DNA of 64,000 bases from Eledone cirrhosa (GCA_964016885.1 OZ024752.1:10540001-10604000); one strand, 5' to 3'. Shown: positions 41,826 to 57,298, numbered from the stretch's first letter. Made by a program: numbers and translations. Notes: generated by a model not told the origin, from the letters alone.

Positions 41826-42775
41826 CTGTTATTTTAATAAATATTTGCTCTACGGTTCTTATATATTTGATATATATTTATCCTTATCGAGCCCTCTTTG
41901 GATTTTAGTCTTCAAATTTATTATTTACTATATATATATATATAATAATAATAATAAGTTTGAAGACTAAAATCCAAAGAGGGCTCGATAAGGATAAATA
42001 AGTTTCAGAAGATCCTGTTAAGATTATTTGCTTAAACTTTAATCTGTTATTTTAATTTTTAAAAAAAATATATATATATATATATAAGTTTATACTGGGT
42101 TCAATCTGGGGTAACCACATATATATTAAGTATATATTTTAGCCGTCGAAATGGCTTGAGCTCAGCCGTCGGGGTCTTGAATGTCACCCGAGAAACAATT
42201 GTAATATGTCCAATAAATTCCATTCGTCGCAACACTGATTCTCTTTTCTTTTGTGATATATATATATAAAGAAAAATTGGTTATATTCACAACATTTTCA
42301 TCTGTGTGATACGAAACTTTCAGTGAGAAAATTATTACGAACCGGATATTCATATGTGTTTCTGTGTGTAAAAGTGATATATATAAGAAAACATTAAACA
42401 ATTTACCGGGTTCGAATCAAATTGACGCGAATAATATAATTACAATATCACTCTCGGCAGTTATTCGGGGAATCAATCCTTTAATATACTATTATTAGCG
42501 TACGTATAACACCCTTAAATCTAAGGCAAACATATATATATTAATGTTTTAGAAATAGCAGTGATGGATAATAACAATCTGAATCTGTTATTTTCATAAC
42601 AATTATTCTGTGCAAGTAACCTGCTTCAAATAACTTATATTATTCGGTATAAGTCAGCGGAGTTGTTTGATATTATTTCAACAGGTTTATGTGAACTCAA
42701 TTGTACTAAATGTTTACTAATGTAATACACACATACACACCCACACACATACACACACACATATATATATATATT

Positions 42776-42814
<39 letters not shown>

Positions 42815-42965
42815 AATTTTATGTACAGATATGCAAATATAGAAATATACATCCGTAAAATCACCAATCAGAACAAACATTTATTCTGAGTGTATCTCCC
42901 TATTTCCCTTTCTGTCTATCTCTCTCTTTCTCTTCCTCACACACATACGCACACACACACACATA

Positions 42966-43032
<67 letters not shown>

Positions 43033-43105
43033 TATGTATGTGTCGGTATGTATATATGTTTTCTTATGCTCACAAATCATAGTCCCCCTTTTCCCTCTCC
43101 CACTC

Positions 43106-43154
<49 letters not shown>

Positions 43155-43207
43155 TGTATATTTGTGTGTCTGTGCGTGTGTGTATGTGTCTGTTCGTCAT
43201 TGTATGC

Positions 43208-43261
<54 letters not shown>

Positions 43262-44227
43262 AAAAAAAAAGAATTATCCAATATAAACGGTTCTATCAAC
43301 ACCGTGTTGAAATAACTATGATTTATTCGTCTGTGACCAAGAACAAAATCAATTATTTCTTTGTTCTTTTTGCTAGAGTTATATTTTCTGACATTTATTT
43401 GAATACAGAAAGAAAAAAATCGAAAACCTTTTTTCTAGTTTTCTGCATTTTAGCAATCATTTTCAATATACCTTTTACAGCTAATATAAAACTTTTATTT
43501 AATTTTTGGCTTGTTCTTTTGTTGTATTCTTTTACATCAATGGATCTAATTTATCACAAAATACCAACTCATTATTTTTGTTTACACTTATTTTGTGATA
43601 TTTTCTTGCAGTATAGCCAATGAACAACAAGTATTGACAATTCTATTTGTATGATATTCGTATGATAATTCCACGCAACACTTAACACATCCACAATTAA
43701 AAATATTTGAGTTTAGAAAGCGCCGTCAGATTGTTTTCTAACACAGTATTTTCAATATTTGAGCGAACAAAATCATTTTTTTTTTTAAAATAATTTGTAT
43801 ATTGAAGTCATAAGTTTGTTTATAATAAAATGATTAATAAAATGATTTGGTAAAGATACGTTTAGGAATGTTTCAAATATTTAATATATAATCTGGATTC
43901 ATGTATAGAGTTTTCAATTTTCACCTTGTTTGTTAATAGTGCGTTAGAGTCAGAATATATTCCATACAGACAATATGTATGTTGTATTTTAATCCCACAT
44001 ATATATATCCAAACTGAACCTGAACCGATAAAGTCTGGTTTCCTGGGTATGTCACCATTTATAAAACAAATTTTGTATTTTATCTGATGAGGGCGTACCA
44101 AACTTTTGGTACCCTTGAATTATATATAATAAAATAAATATGGTTTTATAAATACAGTTTCCATTTATTAATATCATTGATGTATATATATATATCAGAA
44201 ATAACATGATTTATTAGTAGATTAAAT

Positions 44228-44386
44228 ATGAAAACTAAAATGAAAAGTAGTATACCAGGGTCATTAAATATATATTTGTTGTGTAAGACACATTAAATTT
44301 ATATATCATGAAAACTAAAATGAGAAGTAGTATACCAGGGTCATTAAATATATATTTGTTGTGTAAGACACATTAAATTTATATAT
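44228..44386 (+). repeat. 80-bp tandem duplication
   Basis: ATGAAAACTAAAATGA...CACATTAAATTTATATAT twice. Confidence 0.85.
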
Positions 44387-44393
44387 GTATTAA

Positions 44394-44611
44394 CTCTTTA
44401 GCATTTACATTATTCTATATTTACTATTATATTTTCACAATAGAGGCGTTAGCCTACATAATTATCTCACATAATATCGAAGCTATGAGATTGCTGTGAT
44501 TTATTTTGAGAGCAATACCTTAGTGTAGTTACGAGTGGCCAGTTACAGTCAGGTGAACAGAAGGAGGTGAGCGAGTTCTAGCTGGATACGACCAGTTTAA
44601 ATGATAAAGGG
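44394..44611. mobile_element. piggyBac-type MITE
   Basis: TTAA|CTCTTTAGCATTTA ... TAAATGATAAAGGG|TTAA: terminal inverted repeats with TTAA duplication. Confidence 0.7.
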
Positions 44612-45873
44612 TTAATCAAATAAATATACTTCACTTGAAAGACTTAAGAAAGGGGATATTTAAACATATGTTTATCTATTTTAGAGATTGAATAAAGTAC
44701 ATACATCGCGGATTCATAACATATATCTTATGTATGCACAACTTCAATTGTTATTAAAAATATATTCTTGAGAGTTATGATTCTAATAATTTGGTTTCTT
44801 ATGCTGTCATTTGTGAAAGATTAATTCCTTATAGATAGCAGCAAAATATATTGTTAGAAGCTATCTAGCTTCCGAGAAAACATAGGTGGGAAACAAATGG
44901 TCAATATAATGTTAAGAGTGTAATATAAGATGCCGATATTTACTATTTATTTGTTAAAACCGACCGAAATGTCTCAACGATAACAGGCTTATTGAACTGG
45001 AGTGTAATTTGAACATTTCTATTTTACATTTCATGCTACGTTGTGAGGTCATGGGCGTGTTCACATATATCTTTACATTTATGGATATGATTTGATATAT
45101 AAATAAAAGGTAATCGATATTATGCGTGGGTGTAGGTGTATGTTTAAATGTTTGTATATATATATATATATATATATAAATACAATTTGTTTATCATGTT
45201 ATATATCGTTTAAGGTTATATAATTGATTATTCTCTGAACTGAAGTTTCTTGGGACTTTGTACTGAGAAACATTATTGATATATATATTTTAAATGTATT
45301 GATTAAACCTGTTATTTTGTCTAAATCAGTTTGCGATGTCTAAATTGAACTTGCTTGTGCTATTTTTAGCACTCCTTTATGAGTGTCCTATCATATCAGT
45401 ACTTTCCTTCAACGTTATTTTAACACTACGTGGAAAGACTTTTTCAATTTCTTTTGGAGATACAACCTAGCGATGAAGGAAACCAGCTTCATAGGGTGCT
45501 AATTAACCAAATCAATAATTAATAATTGCTACTAATTACTGAGATCAAATGTTTGCATCGTTTTTTGTTTGGTTTCTAGATACAGACCTATCTAGTGGAG
45601 GTCATTATAACATCTTGACGTGTGTATAAAAAAATTACATATCATTCCTGCTGTAAATATGAACAAAATGCTGTTTCTCTATTGATATATCCTGTTATAC
45701 ATGGTTTAGAATGATATGATTGGTGCTTTAAACAGATATGTCATGGGGCTTTGTACTGAGAAACATTACTGAAATATATTTTTGGTCATGCGCAGAGATG
45801 CTATAAAATAGCCTAGAAATACTGTGAGACGGCCACTACACACATATATATATTTATATATACATATATATAG

Positions 45874-45923
<50 letters not shown>

Positions 45924-46131
45924 TGATATTTCGCTCCTTATAACAGTCTTTACTCTCTCTCTCTGTTTGGTTGAGCACACTTCTCTGAGTGGTTCGGGCT
46001 GCCCTTTCTAGCAGCTCGTCACTCAGAGGCCACTGGTTCACTGCCCTTAAACACGCTGTGACTTCTCTCTCCCACGTGTAGTTGAACGATCGCTTTAAAA
46101 ATTATCTTAGTGTTGTCTGAAATGTATAGCC

Positions 46132-46215
46132 TAACACACGCTGATGAACCTGGGTTATCATTTCTGTCAACAACTTACTGGCGAAATAGATCACATTGGA
46201 TTTGTACGTGTGTTA
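46132..46215 (+). ncRNA. Type I hammerhead with complete stems I and III
   Basis: TAACACACG-CTGATGA-imperfect stem II-GAAA-TAGATC(ACATTG)GATTTG-TA-CGTGTGTTA; predicted cut after A46206. Confidence 0.8.
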
Positions 46216-46458
46216 TATAGTTATAGAGGTATTTATATACGCTCTAATTTATATTTTTAATTATCGTGTCTATATTCTGCCTATAGGTTATAGATTCCAT
46301 ACACTGGTGGTTTTTCCCTGTTTTATTGATGGCGCACTGTATAGCTCTCTGGTGTGTTACCTTTTCAACATATTGTATTTTGAAGTGCTCAGGATTTCCT
46401 CTCCTTTGAGCACATTATTTACAAGGAACGGCGAGAGTCTATGGCTCCGTTAATGTAT

Positions 46459-46542
<84 letters not shown>

Positions 46543-46662
46543 TACCTGGAGTTGCGACCGATAGATAGTACTAGCAATTGGAAAGACCGACGAAAACTTT
46601 GTTTCCTCCGTCCGATTTGACGAAAGTCGATCGACTTCCTATATATATATATATATATATAT

Positions 46663-47138
46663 ACGTAGGTCCCGGGTTGAGTCGGGCATAACCACAGTAA
46701 GTAAGGTACTCAATACATGGCAAAGTAAAATATATTTATTGTATAGAAGGAGCTTCTACAGGACTAGTACTTTTTCATTCAGATGAAATCTTCAGGAAGC
46801 TGGGTGTCATATTAAGTTACGGTATTTATACATTTAGGTAGTGGTAAGGGACGGGTGGTGGCTGGGGGGGGGGGGAGGTTGCTATTTAGATACACAGGAC
46901 CATAACATGGCACAGACCGTTTTTTCTTTGGGTAGTGCAAAGAAAAAACGGTCTGTGCCTTGTTATGGTGCTGTGTATCTAAATACCAACCTACCCCCCC
47001 CCCCCCAGCCACCACCCCTCCCTTACCACTACCTAAATGTATAAATACCAGAACTTAATATGACACCCAGCTTCCTGAAGATTTCATCTGAAGAAACAGT
47101 TTTAGTCCTGTAGAAGCTCCTTCTATACAATAAATATA
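46663..47138. mobile_element. Fold-back element (arms 46730-46930 / 46938-47138) with HHRs 46752-46800 (-) and 47070-47117 (+)
   Basis: GCTTC-CTGAAGA-TTTCATCTGAA-GAAA-CAG(TTTTAGTC)CTG-TA-GAAGC; tail 46663-46729 matches 6445-6515 in reverse. Confidence 0.85.
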
Positions 47139-47139
47139 A

Positions 47140-48616
<1,477 letters not shown>

Positions 48617-49181
48617 TTTTGTCGATTCTATTAAATGATGAATAGCTCCTGTTTATTTTAACATGTCTATTGACCACTCTTATTCGATATGTGTATTTCC
48701 ACATTTTCTTGAATATTTTTCGCGGATGTAGAGGTTATCTCCCTTGCCGAATTCCATGTGCGTATTTAGCTTGGGTTATGCCATTTCATTCGTTTGGACA
48801 AAGCTCGTTGAAGAAGTAAATTTTCCTGTCCACTGTATCTAGAAGTCTTATATATTTTTATGTGAGCTGATAGAGAACAGTTTAAGGATTTACAGAAACC
48901 CATGAAGCTAGATTTAACATCTTCCTAGCGGGTCCGGGTATGCTTTTTACATTCATTTAATTTATTGATTTAGTGATTTTTTATCTGAGTGTCCCGAATC
49001 TTCTGGATCACAAATTTTCGATCGTACGGTTGATTATAGACTTGTTCTATGTGTGACGGTATTTTAACGATTGTTATAGCTCTGATTTATCTAAATTATT
49101 GAGCCCTCTGCCGCTCATATCGAATTTTGTTTATCGTGAACTCGTGCGCCGATTTTTCGATACTCGATTATTCTACTATAG

Positions 49182-49227
<46 letters not shown>

Positions 49228-49229
49228 AG

Positions 49230-49306
<77 letters not shown>

Positions 49307-49337
49307 ATATATATATATATTTATATATATATATATT

Positions 49338-49455
<118 letters not shown>

Positions 49456-49549
49456 TGCATAAAATCAGCAGTTGAAAATTGCGAACAAATATCGTCCACA
49501 CCTTGTATATATATATATACAAGGCCACACCTTGTATATATATATATAT

Positions 49550-50040
49550 ATACAAGGTGTCGAAACAACTTGAGGTCTGCCGTCGGTGTCATACTTGTTC
49601 CTAAATATATATATATACCACCTGGTATATATATATATAAAATATTTGGGTAAATCATGTTTTGAACCAGTAAACATCTATACAAAAAAATAATGTTTAC
49701 ATCTTGGGCCAGTCCAATGAATGCCTTAGGTGGTATTGATATGACTTTGTATGTTGAGCGTAAAGGATGTTTTGCAATTAGCCTTGAAATACTTCCGAGT
49801 TGTTCTTATAATCAGATTATCGAACTGTTTTTTCAAAGAAGACATTGAATGAAATTACATGTTATTGCATATATCTCCATATACCTTTCCACACTACATA
49901 CTTCTTCTTTGAACTTTGGCAATCTCTGTTTGGCAATCTCTGATGTAGCTTAGATTTCGTTGTGTACGTGTTCATTGCCGCATATCCTGCAGCACTTGTA
50001 CATCCTAATACCATCGAACAAGTAAGCATGTTTAATCGGA
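49550..50040 (-). pseudogene. Tc1/mariner transposase remnant
   Basis: SMVLGCTSAAG (cf. SVMVWGCFSAAG) and downstream AQHTK...LDWP; TA|CAAGGTG terminus at 49551. Confidence 0.4.
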
Positions 50041-50051
50041 GCATTACAAAA

Positions 50052-50940
50052 TAATTGTTTCTACTTTTGGCACAAGAGCAGCAATTATCTCAATGTATTA
50101 CTGGTACTTTATTTTATCGACCTCGGCGGGATTTGAACTCAGATCATAAAAGGCCGTAACTCTATGCTGGAAAGCATGGCGTCCGATCCTCTACCGATAC
50201 TGCCAATTCACCGCATTACGGAATAATAATATATGATATGTCTAAAATATGAAACAGTGTAGGACAGGAAAGAGGAAGTTATAAATGAACGAAGTAAAGA
50301 AACAAAACTGAGAACAGGGAGAAATATAAGAATTAAAATACGATGTCAAAACATAAAATTTGAACAAAAAGAGGAATCCCATAAAATAATTACATAGAAA
50401 AGTCTAATAAATCGCCCCAAATATATTACAAGTCATTATTTTATCCACGGGGCGATGGATTGGCAGTATCGGTAGAGCATTGGACGCCATGCTTTGCAGC
50501 ATAGAGTTACTCCCCTTTATGATATGAGTTCAAATCCCTCCGAGGTTAACTTTGCCTTTCATCCTTACGGGGTCTATAAAATAAAGTACCAGTAATGAAC
50601 TGGATAATTGCTGGCCTTGTGCCAAAAGTAGAAATAATTATTTTATCCACACCGTACTGATGAGAGGCAAAGTTAACCTCGACGTGATGTGAATTCAGAA
50701 CGTAAAGGACCATAACTCTATCCTGCAAAGTATAGTGTCTGACGCTCTACCTATACTGCCAATCCACCGCATAATAATTGCTTCTACTATTGGCACAAGG
50801 CCAGCAATTAACCAGTACATTACTGGTACTTTATTTTATCGACCCCGTAAGGATGAAAGACAAATTTAACCTCGGCGGTATTTGAACTCAGAATGGCAAG
50901 GGCCGTAACTCTATGCGTCAAAGCAAGGCGTCCGACCCTC
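50052..50940. mobile_element. Cluster of four SINEs (50052-50214 -, 50450-50640 +, 50645-50771 -, 50773-50940 -)
   Basis: Main SINE family motifs. Confidence 0.85.
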
Positions 50941-51408
50941 AGGAAACAGCCACATTACGCTTTATATTATAGATGACCAGCGCCATCATGATGTCCTAGC
51001 GGTGACAGGTCCTTTCTCTCTGACACAACTACAACAAAATAATAGTGATGGTCCTAAAAAAATATAACGTAAAGAGGCGGTTTGCTTAGAAACGAATAAA
51101 ATATTAATATTATCCGATATAAAACACATGATTTAATAAATTCAATTTCTTACATAAAATGGATACCAAATGTGACTGTGGCATATGGTCATAATATCAG
51201 CTTAACTTTAGACGACTGATAATACCTAAATAGAAAACAATGTGGATGTGTCGATGCGTGTGCAGGTGTGTAGAGGTGTGTGAAGGTGTGTGAGCCTGTC
51301 GGTGCTGATGTGTATAAATTGGAATTCAACAGTGCCAGTGATCTAGAAGCCATTTGTATATATATATATATACATATGTACATATATATATATGTACATA
51401 TATATATA

Positions 51409-51733
51409 TATCGCCGTATTTTGACTAAAGCAATTAAAGAAATTATTTAGCCTGATAGTGGGGTTAAGAACCCTCGGAGAAATGGAAAAAGATGAGTATT
51501 GACTTTCATGGGTGATGTGTTGGTGTAAATGGTAGCACAGTGGTCCGGATAACCAAAGATGCGGGTTCGACTCCCTTGTACGTCAATACTCATCTTTTTT
51601 CCATTTCTCCGAGGGTTCTGAACCCCACTATCAGGCTAAATAATTTCTTTAATTGCTTTAGTCAAAATACGGCGATAGCTAACATTTCTAATAATTTCAA
51701 ATCAACTCGCTGTTTCGAAAATATTCTTACTTG
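51409..51733 (+). mobile_element. Fold-back element (arms 51409-51503 / 51582-51677) with tRNA-like loop and tail
   Basis: Near-perfect 95-bp arms; (TA)n on both sides. Confidence 0.8.
51514..51585 (+). pseudogene. tRNA-like cloverleaf (SINE head or tRNA pseudogene)
   Basis: Acceptor GATGTGT/GTACGTC, D arm GTGT-AAATGGTA-GCAC, anticodon arm TGGT-CCGGATA-ACCA, T arm GGG-TTCGACT-CCC; non-canonical anticodon loop. Confidence 0.7.
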
Positions 51734-51816
51734 ATATATATATATATATTTATATATATATATATATAGATAGATATATATACATATATATATGTATATG
51801 TATGTATATATATATA

Positions 51817-52560
51817 CGTGAAGAAGTATATAAAGGAGAACAAATAAACTGTTAAAACATGTTCATTTAAAACAGCGCCTACGTACGTTTCGCCCGATAG
51901 GGCTTCTCAAGGGCATAAAAAACTAAAGAGTGTTCCTTACGTGACCCAGAAGCGGTTTTAAAGATAAGTACGCATCACAGTTCATTCTTCGTAAACCACA
52001 TGTATTGATTTTGCAGTAGATCAAGGGAGATAACTCTAGCCGCTGTTACAGCAGTGTTCCCCAAGCTATTTGTTACCGGTTACTACTTTGTGGGTACTGC
52101 TTTACCATTGTCGATTCACGCCGGGACAGGGATGCATGGGAAGTTTCTAGATGTTTGTTTGCAGCGCCTGCTCGCCGCTGTCGATTCACGCCGGGTCTGG
52201 GGTTCATGGTTAGTTTCCAGATGTTTGATTGTAGCGCCTGTCCGCCGGGGTGTTAAGGTTTGGTGCAGGGTGACCCGTTTTACGGTTTTCACGCCTCATT
52301 CTTATTCCATCTGCAGTAAATCTTTAAAATCCTTTCTGGATTACGTAAGGAACGCTCTTTAGTTATGTATGCCCTTCAGAAGCCCTTTCAGGCGAAATCT
52401 ACGTAAGTGTTGTGTTAAATAAACATGTTTTAACGGTTTGTACACCTTTATATACTTCTTCACGTGTATCCGCTCTGCTTATATTCTCGCCCACTAGATA
52501 TTAACACTTGTAATATTTAACACTGCAGGCACATGTATTGAGCATATTTGCATATGCTAT
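51817..52560. mobile_element. Fold-back element (arms ~51817-51966 / 52320-52465) with U3-A8 hammerhead at 51877-51914 (-)
   Basis: CC-TTGAGAA-GCCC(TATC)GGGC-GAAA-CGTACG-TA-GG; degenerate plus-strand copy 52371-52408. Confidence 0.7.
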
Positions 52561-52603
52561 TGGCAAATAACTATCTCTTCTTCTCTCTCTCGATACTTAA
52601 ATA

Positions 52604-52660
<57 letters not shown>

Positions 52661-53088
52661 GTTATGTAATAAACAACATAATTATATTGGTTATTATATA
52701 ACTAATAAGCTCTGTAACCTACATAGAGCACTCATTTTTCCTGTACATTTCCAACGGAATTACTTCACACACATATATATATATGTAATATTAAACGAAA
52801 AATCATTGATGCATCTGATCTCAATTTATTGTGTTACAATTGTTTCGCCGGCGGACAGCTCGAGACACGATCATTGTGTGGATCTGTCTGATTCTGGACC
52901 CGCAGGTTCGACGGACACGTCTAATGATTTCGGAGCATATTCTACGAATATCATTATATGTGACCGTCGAACCTGCGAACTATAATATATATATGTATAT
53001 ATATATATATATAATATATTTATATATATATATATTATATATATATATGAATGTTTATATATATATTACATATATGTATGTATATATA

Positions 53089-54016
53089 TTGTTATGCTTT
53101 GGTAGGGTTATGTTGCCAATATGAAAGACACGCAGCAGTTGCTTTCACTTCAATTTATTATAAATCAAATTAAATTCATAAATTTAAGAATTATAAATTT
53201 CCGGTTTGTTGGTTGGTTCCACAACCAGACGATTGTTCTTATATTGTCAAAGTTCTTTCGTCACACATTCTCTGACCTCTTCAGTGACTGGGGATTATTT
53301 TCTTTGTTTTTGTGCCTCTCCTTTGTTCTGTGCTACGCCATCTTGTGTTTGTGTGTGTTGTGTACTTAGTTTGCGCATGTTTTACATCCGGGTGTCTGTG
53401 TGTGTTTATATTTGTTTATTTATTTGTTTATTTACATGTTACTGGTTGGTTGTTTGTTCTATGTGTGTGTGTGTTTTCAAATCACAGAGGCAATAAACAT
53501 AAATGAATTCCAACCAAAATTAAATAGAAAACATGAATGGAATAGCAACATCACAACTTACAATTAAGGACAAAATGAAAACACACACACACGTAGAACA
53601 AACAACCAACCAGTAACATGTAAATAAACAAATAAATAAACAAATATAAACTCACACAGAAACCCGGATGTAACACATGCACAAATTAAGCACACAACAC
53701 ACACAAAAACAAGATGGCGTAGGACAGAACAAAGGAAAGGCACAAAAACAAAGAAAAGAATCCTCAGTCACTGAAGAGGGCGCAGAATGTGTGACGATAG
53801 AACTCTGACAATATACGAACAATCGTCTGGTTGTGGAACCAACCAACCGGAAATTTATAAATTCTTAAATTTATAAATTTAATTTATAATAAATTGAAGT
53901 GAAAGCATAGTGCGTGTGTTTCTTATTGGCAACATGACCCTCCCAAAGTATAACAATATCGGTTTCAACACACATTTTCAGATAAAGAATCTTGCTAAAC
54001 AAATTCAGAAACGAAA
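53089..54016. mobile_element. Large fold-back PLE derivative (arms ~53089-53476 / 53578-53958) with HHRs 53246-53288 (-) and 53767-53809 (+)
   Basis: GTCA-CTGAAGA-GGTCA...TGAC-GAAA-GAAC-TT-TGAC; the tail ATGACCCTCCCAAAGTATAACAATAT... is homologous to the 3' end of the coding PLE. Confidence 0.8.
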
Positions 54017-54031
54017 TATGTATATATATAT

Positions 54032-54132
<101 letters not shown>

Positions 54133-54149
54133 GTATATATATATATGTT

Positions 54150-54180
<31 letters not shown>

Positions 54181-54183
54181 GTT

Positions 54184-54265
<82 letters not shown>

Positions 54266-54357
54266 TTATGTATATATATATATATATATATATATGTTTA
54301 TGTATATATATATATACATATATATATACATATATATATATATTATATATATAAATT

Positions 54358-54391
<34 letters not shown>

Positions 54392-54800
54392 TATTAACCT
54401 TTGGTTGCTTAAGATATTCTAGAGCTAAATTGATTTTTGTTCCATACGTAGCTAATATCTTGTCCTGGGCAAAAGTATCGCTATTTACATTAATATTCTA
54501 TAATTCTGAGACGAGCATCTAACCACTCGAATATGGAGTTTTTTTAATGATTAATGTTAATGAATGTTGAATAAATGTGTTGTCACAACCCATATGAAAA
54601 TTCGTTGCTAACATTCCCCGTCATTTATGTTATCTCTAGTTCTATTGCTTTAAGCCATTTCAAAATACTGTTAAAAACAAACATACGCAACATAATACAC
54701 AAACAAAGAGAAAATGTTTTGTTCTGTGAACGTGAGAATTTTCTGAAAAGCACGTTATTATGTCGGACTTCCCCTCATCAAAAACATCCTATTTTATGAA

Positions 54801-54891
54801 ATGGATACGACTGTTCTCACAATTTTTGCTCTGCTCACTTACATGAAAATCTGGAAACTGTCAAATGCCATTTATTGGCAACGACCTAAAG
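54801..54891 (+). CDS. Candidate first coding exon encoding a signal-peptide-like sequence
   Basis: MDTTVLTIFALLTYMKIWKLSNAIYWQRPK followed by AAG|GTGAGT (phase 1) in unique DNA; no downstream exon identified. Confidence 0.3.
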
Positions 54892-56956
54892 GTGAGTAAG
54901 CATTTGATATATTATATGAGCCAGTAAAACATTTCCTGACTTATTCATCACTTCTCTCTAAGAGAAAGTGAAATAGCTATGTCATTTATGATTCCATTAT
55001 TCAATAAACAGCCAGAAAAGTGAACGTGCTTTATTTATAGGAACAATATCAAATCTACATAGGAAACGTAAGAAGAAAGGAGATATTTGAAGGATATTTA
55101 ATATTGAAATATGAAAACAATCATCTTTTGAATGTAAATATAGCTTTCGAAAGCATTAATATAAATAATATACAACAGCAAAACATCAGTAATGTCAACT
55201 TGATGCTTTATCATTGTTTATGGTAACAATGACGATTTATTACATGTTTTATGTATCTGCTTATCAATAGGCCCCCGATTTATAGAACAAGATGTGTATG
55301 TGTAAACCTGTCTTCTACTTCGCCTTTCTTTATTTCCTTTTTCTAGTCAGTTCTGTGCCAGCACACTTCTCCCTGTACTCCCCCTCTTTCAATATTTTCT
55401 ATATATCATCTGCCTGTCACCCACATTATACATTGTCTCTCTGTTGACCACTGGCCGTTGGTCTCTGTCATCTGAGGCATTTTTCCCTTCGCTGTCTTTG
55501 TCATCATTTAGCTATATTGACGGCTGTTCTAGAGATGAGTTTTTTTCACTCTCATATGTATGTTATATAACTGCGTTTAAAGTATTACATATTTCAACAC
55601 CAAATTGAATACTTCAAACAGCTATATCTACAATATATTGGACTGTAACATAAATTCCTGCCGTTATTATAATGTGTATAATGAAAAATACAGCGGGAAT
55701 TTATGTTATAACCTAATATTTGTCTTGTGTTTCCTGGTCCGCCATATGTTCTTGCTCTACACAGGGCTTAAATTAAGAAACTATATTCCTCGAATTGGAT
55801 TAGTAATAACCTCGAATATATAGCAAGGATTTAAAACATAGAATCTCGCATTTAGTGACATAGGGTAATCGAGTAACTGACGTTTATGTAGTAATACATA
55901 ATGTTTTTATAGGCCCTAAACATGAAACACTGAGAATTCTTCTAACAATGTTGTTTGTAATCCCGAAAGGCCTGGATACATATTCATATGATTATATAAA
56001 TTTCATTTCAGTTCCGTATTTCAGACAGCAGGAATAACATAGAAAATAGATAAATTGTATTTCTATAACTTCATAAATAGATAAACTTCCAAAGTGTTAA
56101 GAATTGTCGTTTGAAGCACAATAATTTGATCGTCATTTCATTAAAGTAAAGATAACATTTATTTTCTGTATATTCTTCATTGTATTTTTAAATATTGTTT
56201 GCAGAATTTACATTGTGAGTCATGGAAAGCATGGATGCGCTTCAACCCCGAAGAAATAATAAAATATAGAATAATTGATGGAAAGTTAAATCATCTAGAT
56301 CTGTTGAACGACTCTACTATGAACTTTTGCATAATGAAATACTTTTATATTATGCAGTGGGGAAAAATATTCCTACATATCTATAAATATGTGAATGTCA
56401 TTTCAAATATCTAATATCGCATTGGATTATACGCATGTTGACGTAGGCGGGAATCACTTTGATCATTCATAATACTTTTAATATTATGAAGATATATTAC
56501 GTACTGTCAATGTAATCGTTACCAAATTATTTCGAAATGCAGCAGTATTTATTGATCAAGCGTGATAATAATTACAAGTGTAATAGTGACAGTTTGATAG
56601 TACCAATAAAACATTACGTATTCCCAATATAGTATGCCCTGAAATCTGCAGCATATTATAATCAGCTTCATATATTATCCTATGTGTGCTATGAGGTATT
56701 ATGTATTTCGTAGAGTCCATCGCAAGGTACAGTTTAAATTCTCCTGTAAACATATAGTATCACTTGATCCAGGCTCAAATTGAGGCCATGTGGAATTTGA
56801 GAAATAATAATAGTTCAATTAATATTTGGGTGATATTTAAATTCAACTTGTTTAATCAGAGTCATATACCACTTTGAACACGCACTACTATATATATATA
56901 AATGTGTGTGTGTGTGTAATTATGTAATGAATAACATAAGACAATTATTCCATTTA

Positions 56957-57025
56957 CCATTTCTGATGAGCGATTTCAGACGTCTTTGTTGAGCCCGTCT
57001 GTCTTCTGAAACCTTTGGTAAATGG
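56957..57025 (+). ncRNA. Type I hammerhead motif
   Basis: CCATT(T)-CTGATGA-..CAGACG...CGTCTG..-GAAA-CCTTTGG-TA-AATGG. Confidence 0.6.
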
Positions 57026-57077
57026 AATAAATCAAATATGGATTGAGGAAGACGAGGATGTGTGTTTACTGATAATG

Positions 57078-57243
57078 AGTGTTAGAAGCGACACAAACAA
57101 GAGAGGGACAGTTTCACTTCGTCAGCTGTTTACTACGGGTCATGGATGTTTATAAATGCCGAAACATCCATGATCCGTAGTAAACAGCTGACGAAGGGAA
57201 CCTGTCCATCTCTTGATTGTGTCGCTTTACCTTCTAACACACT
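57078..57243. mobile_element. Short fold-back element
   Basis: About 70-bp inverted arms centred near 57157; contains CTGACGA-AGT-GAAA with no stem II. Confidence 0.7.
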
Positions 57244-57298
57244 ATATATATATTTATATATATATAAATATATTTATATTATCATGTATATATAAACT

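Noticed and set aside
51514-51585. Functional tRNA gene
   Set aside because: Non-canonical anticodon loop (no U33), mismatched T stem, and embedded in a repeat family.
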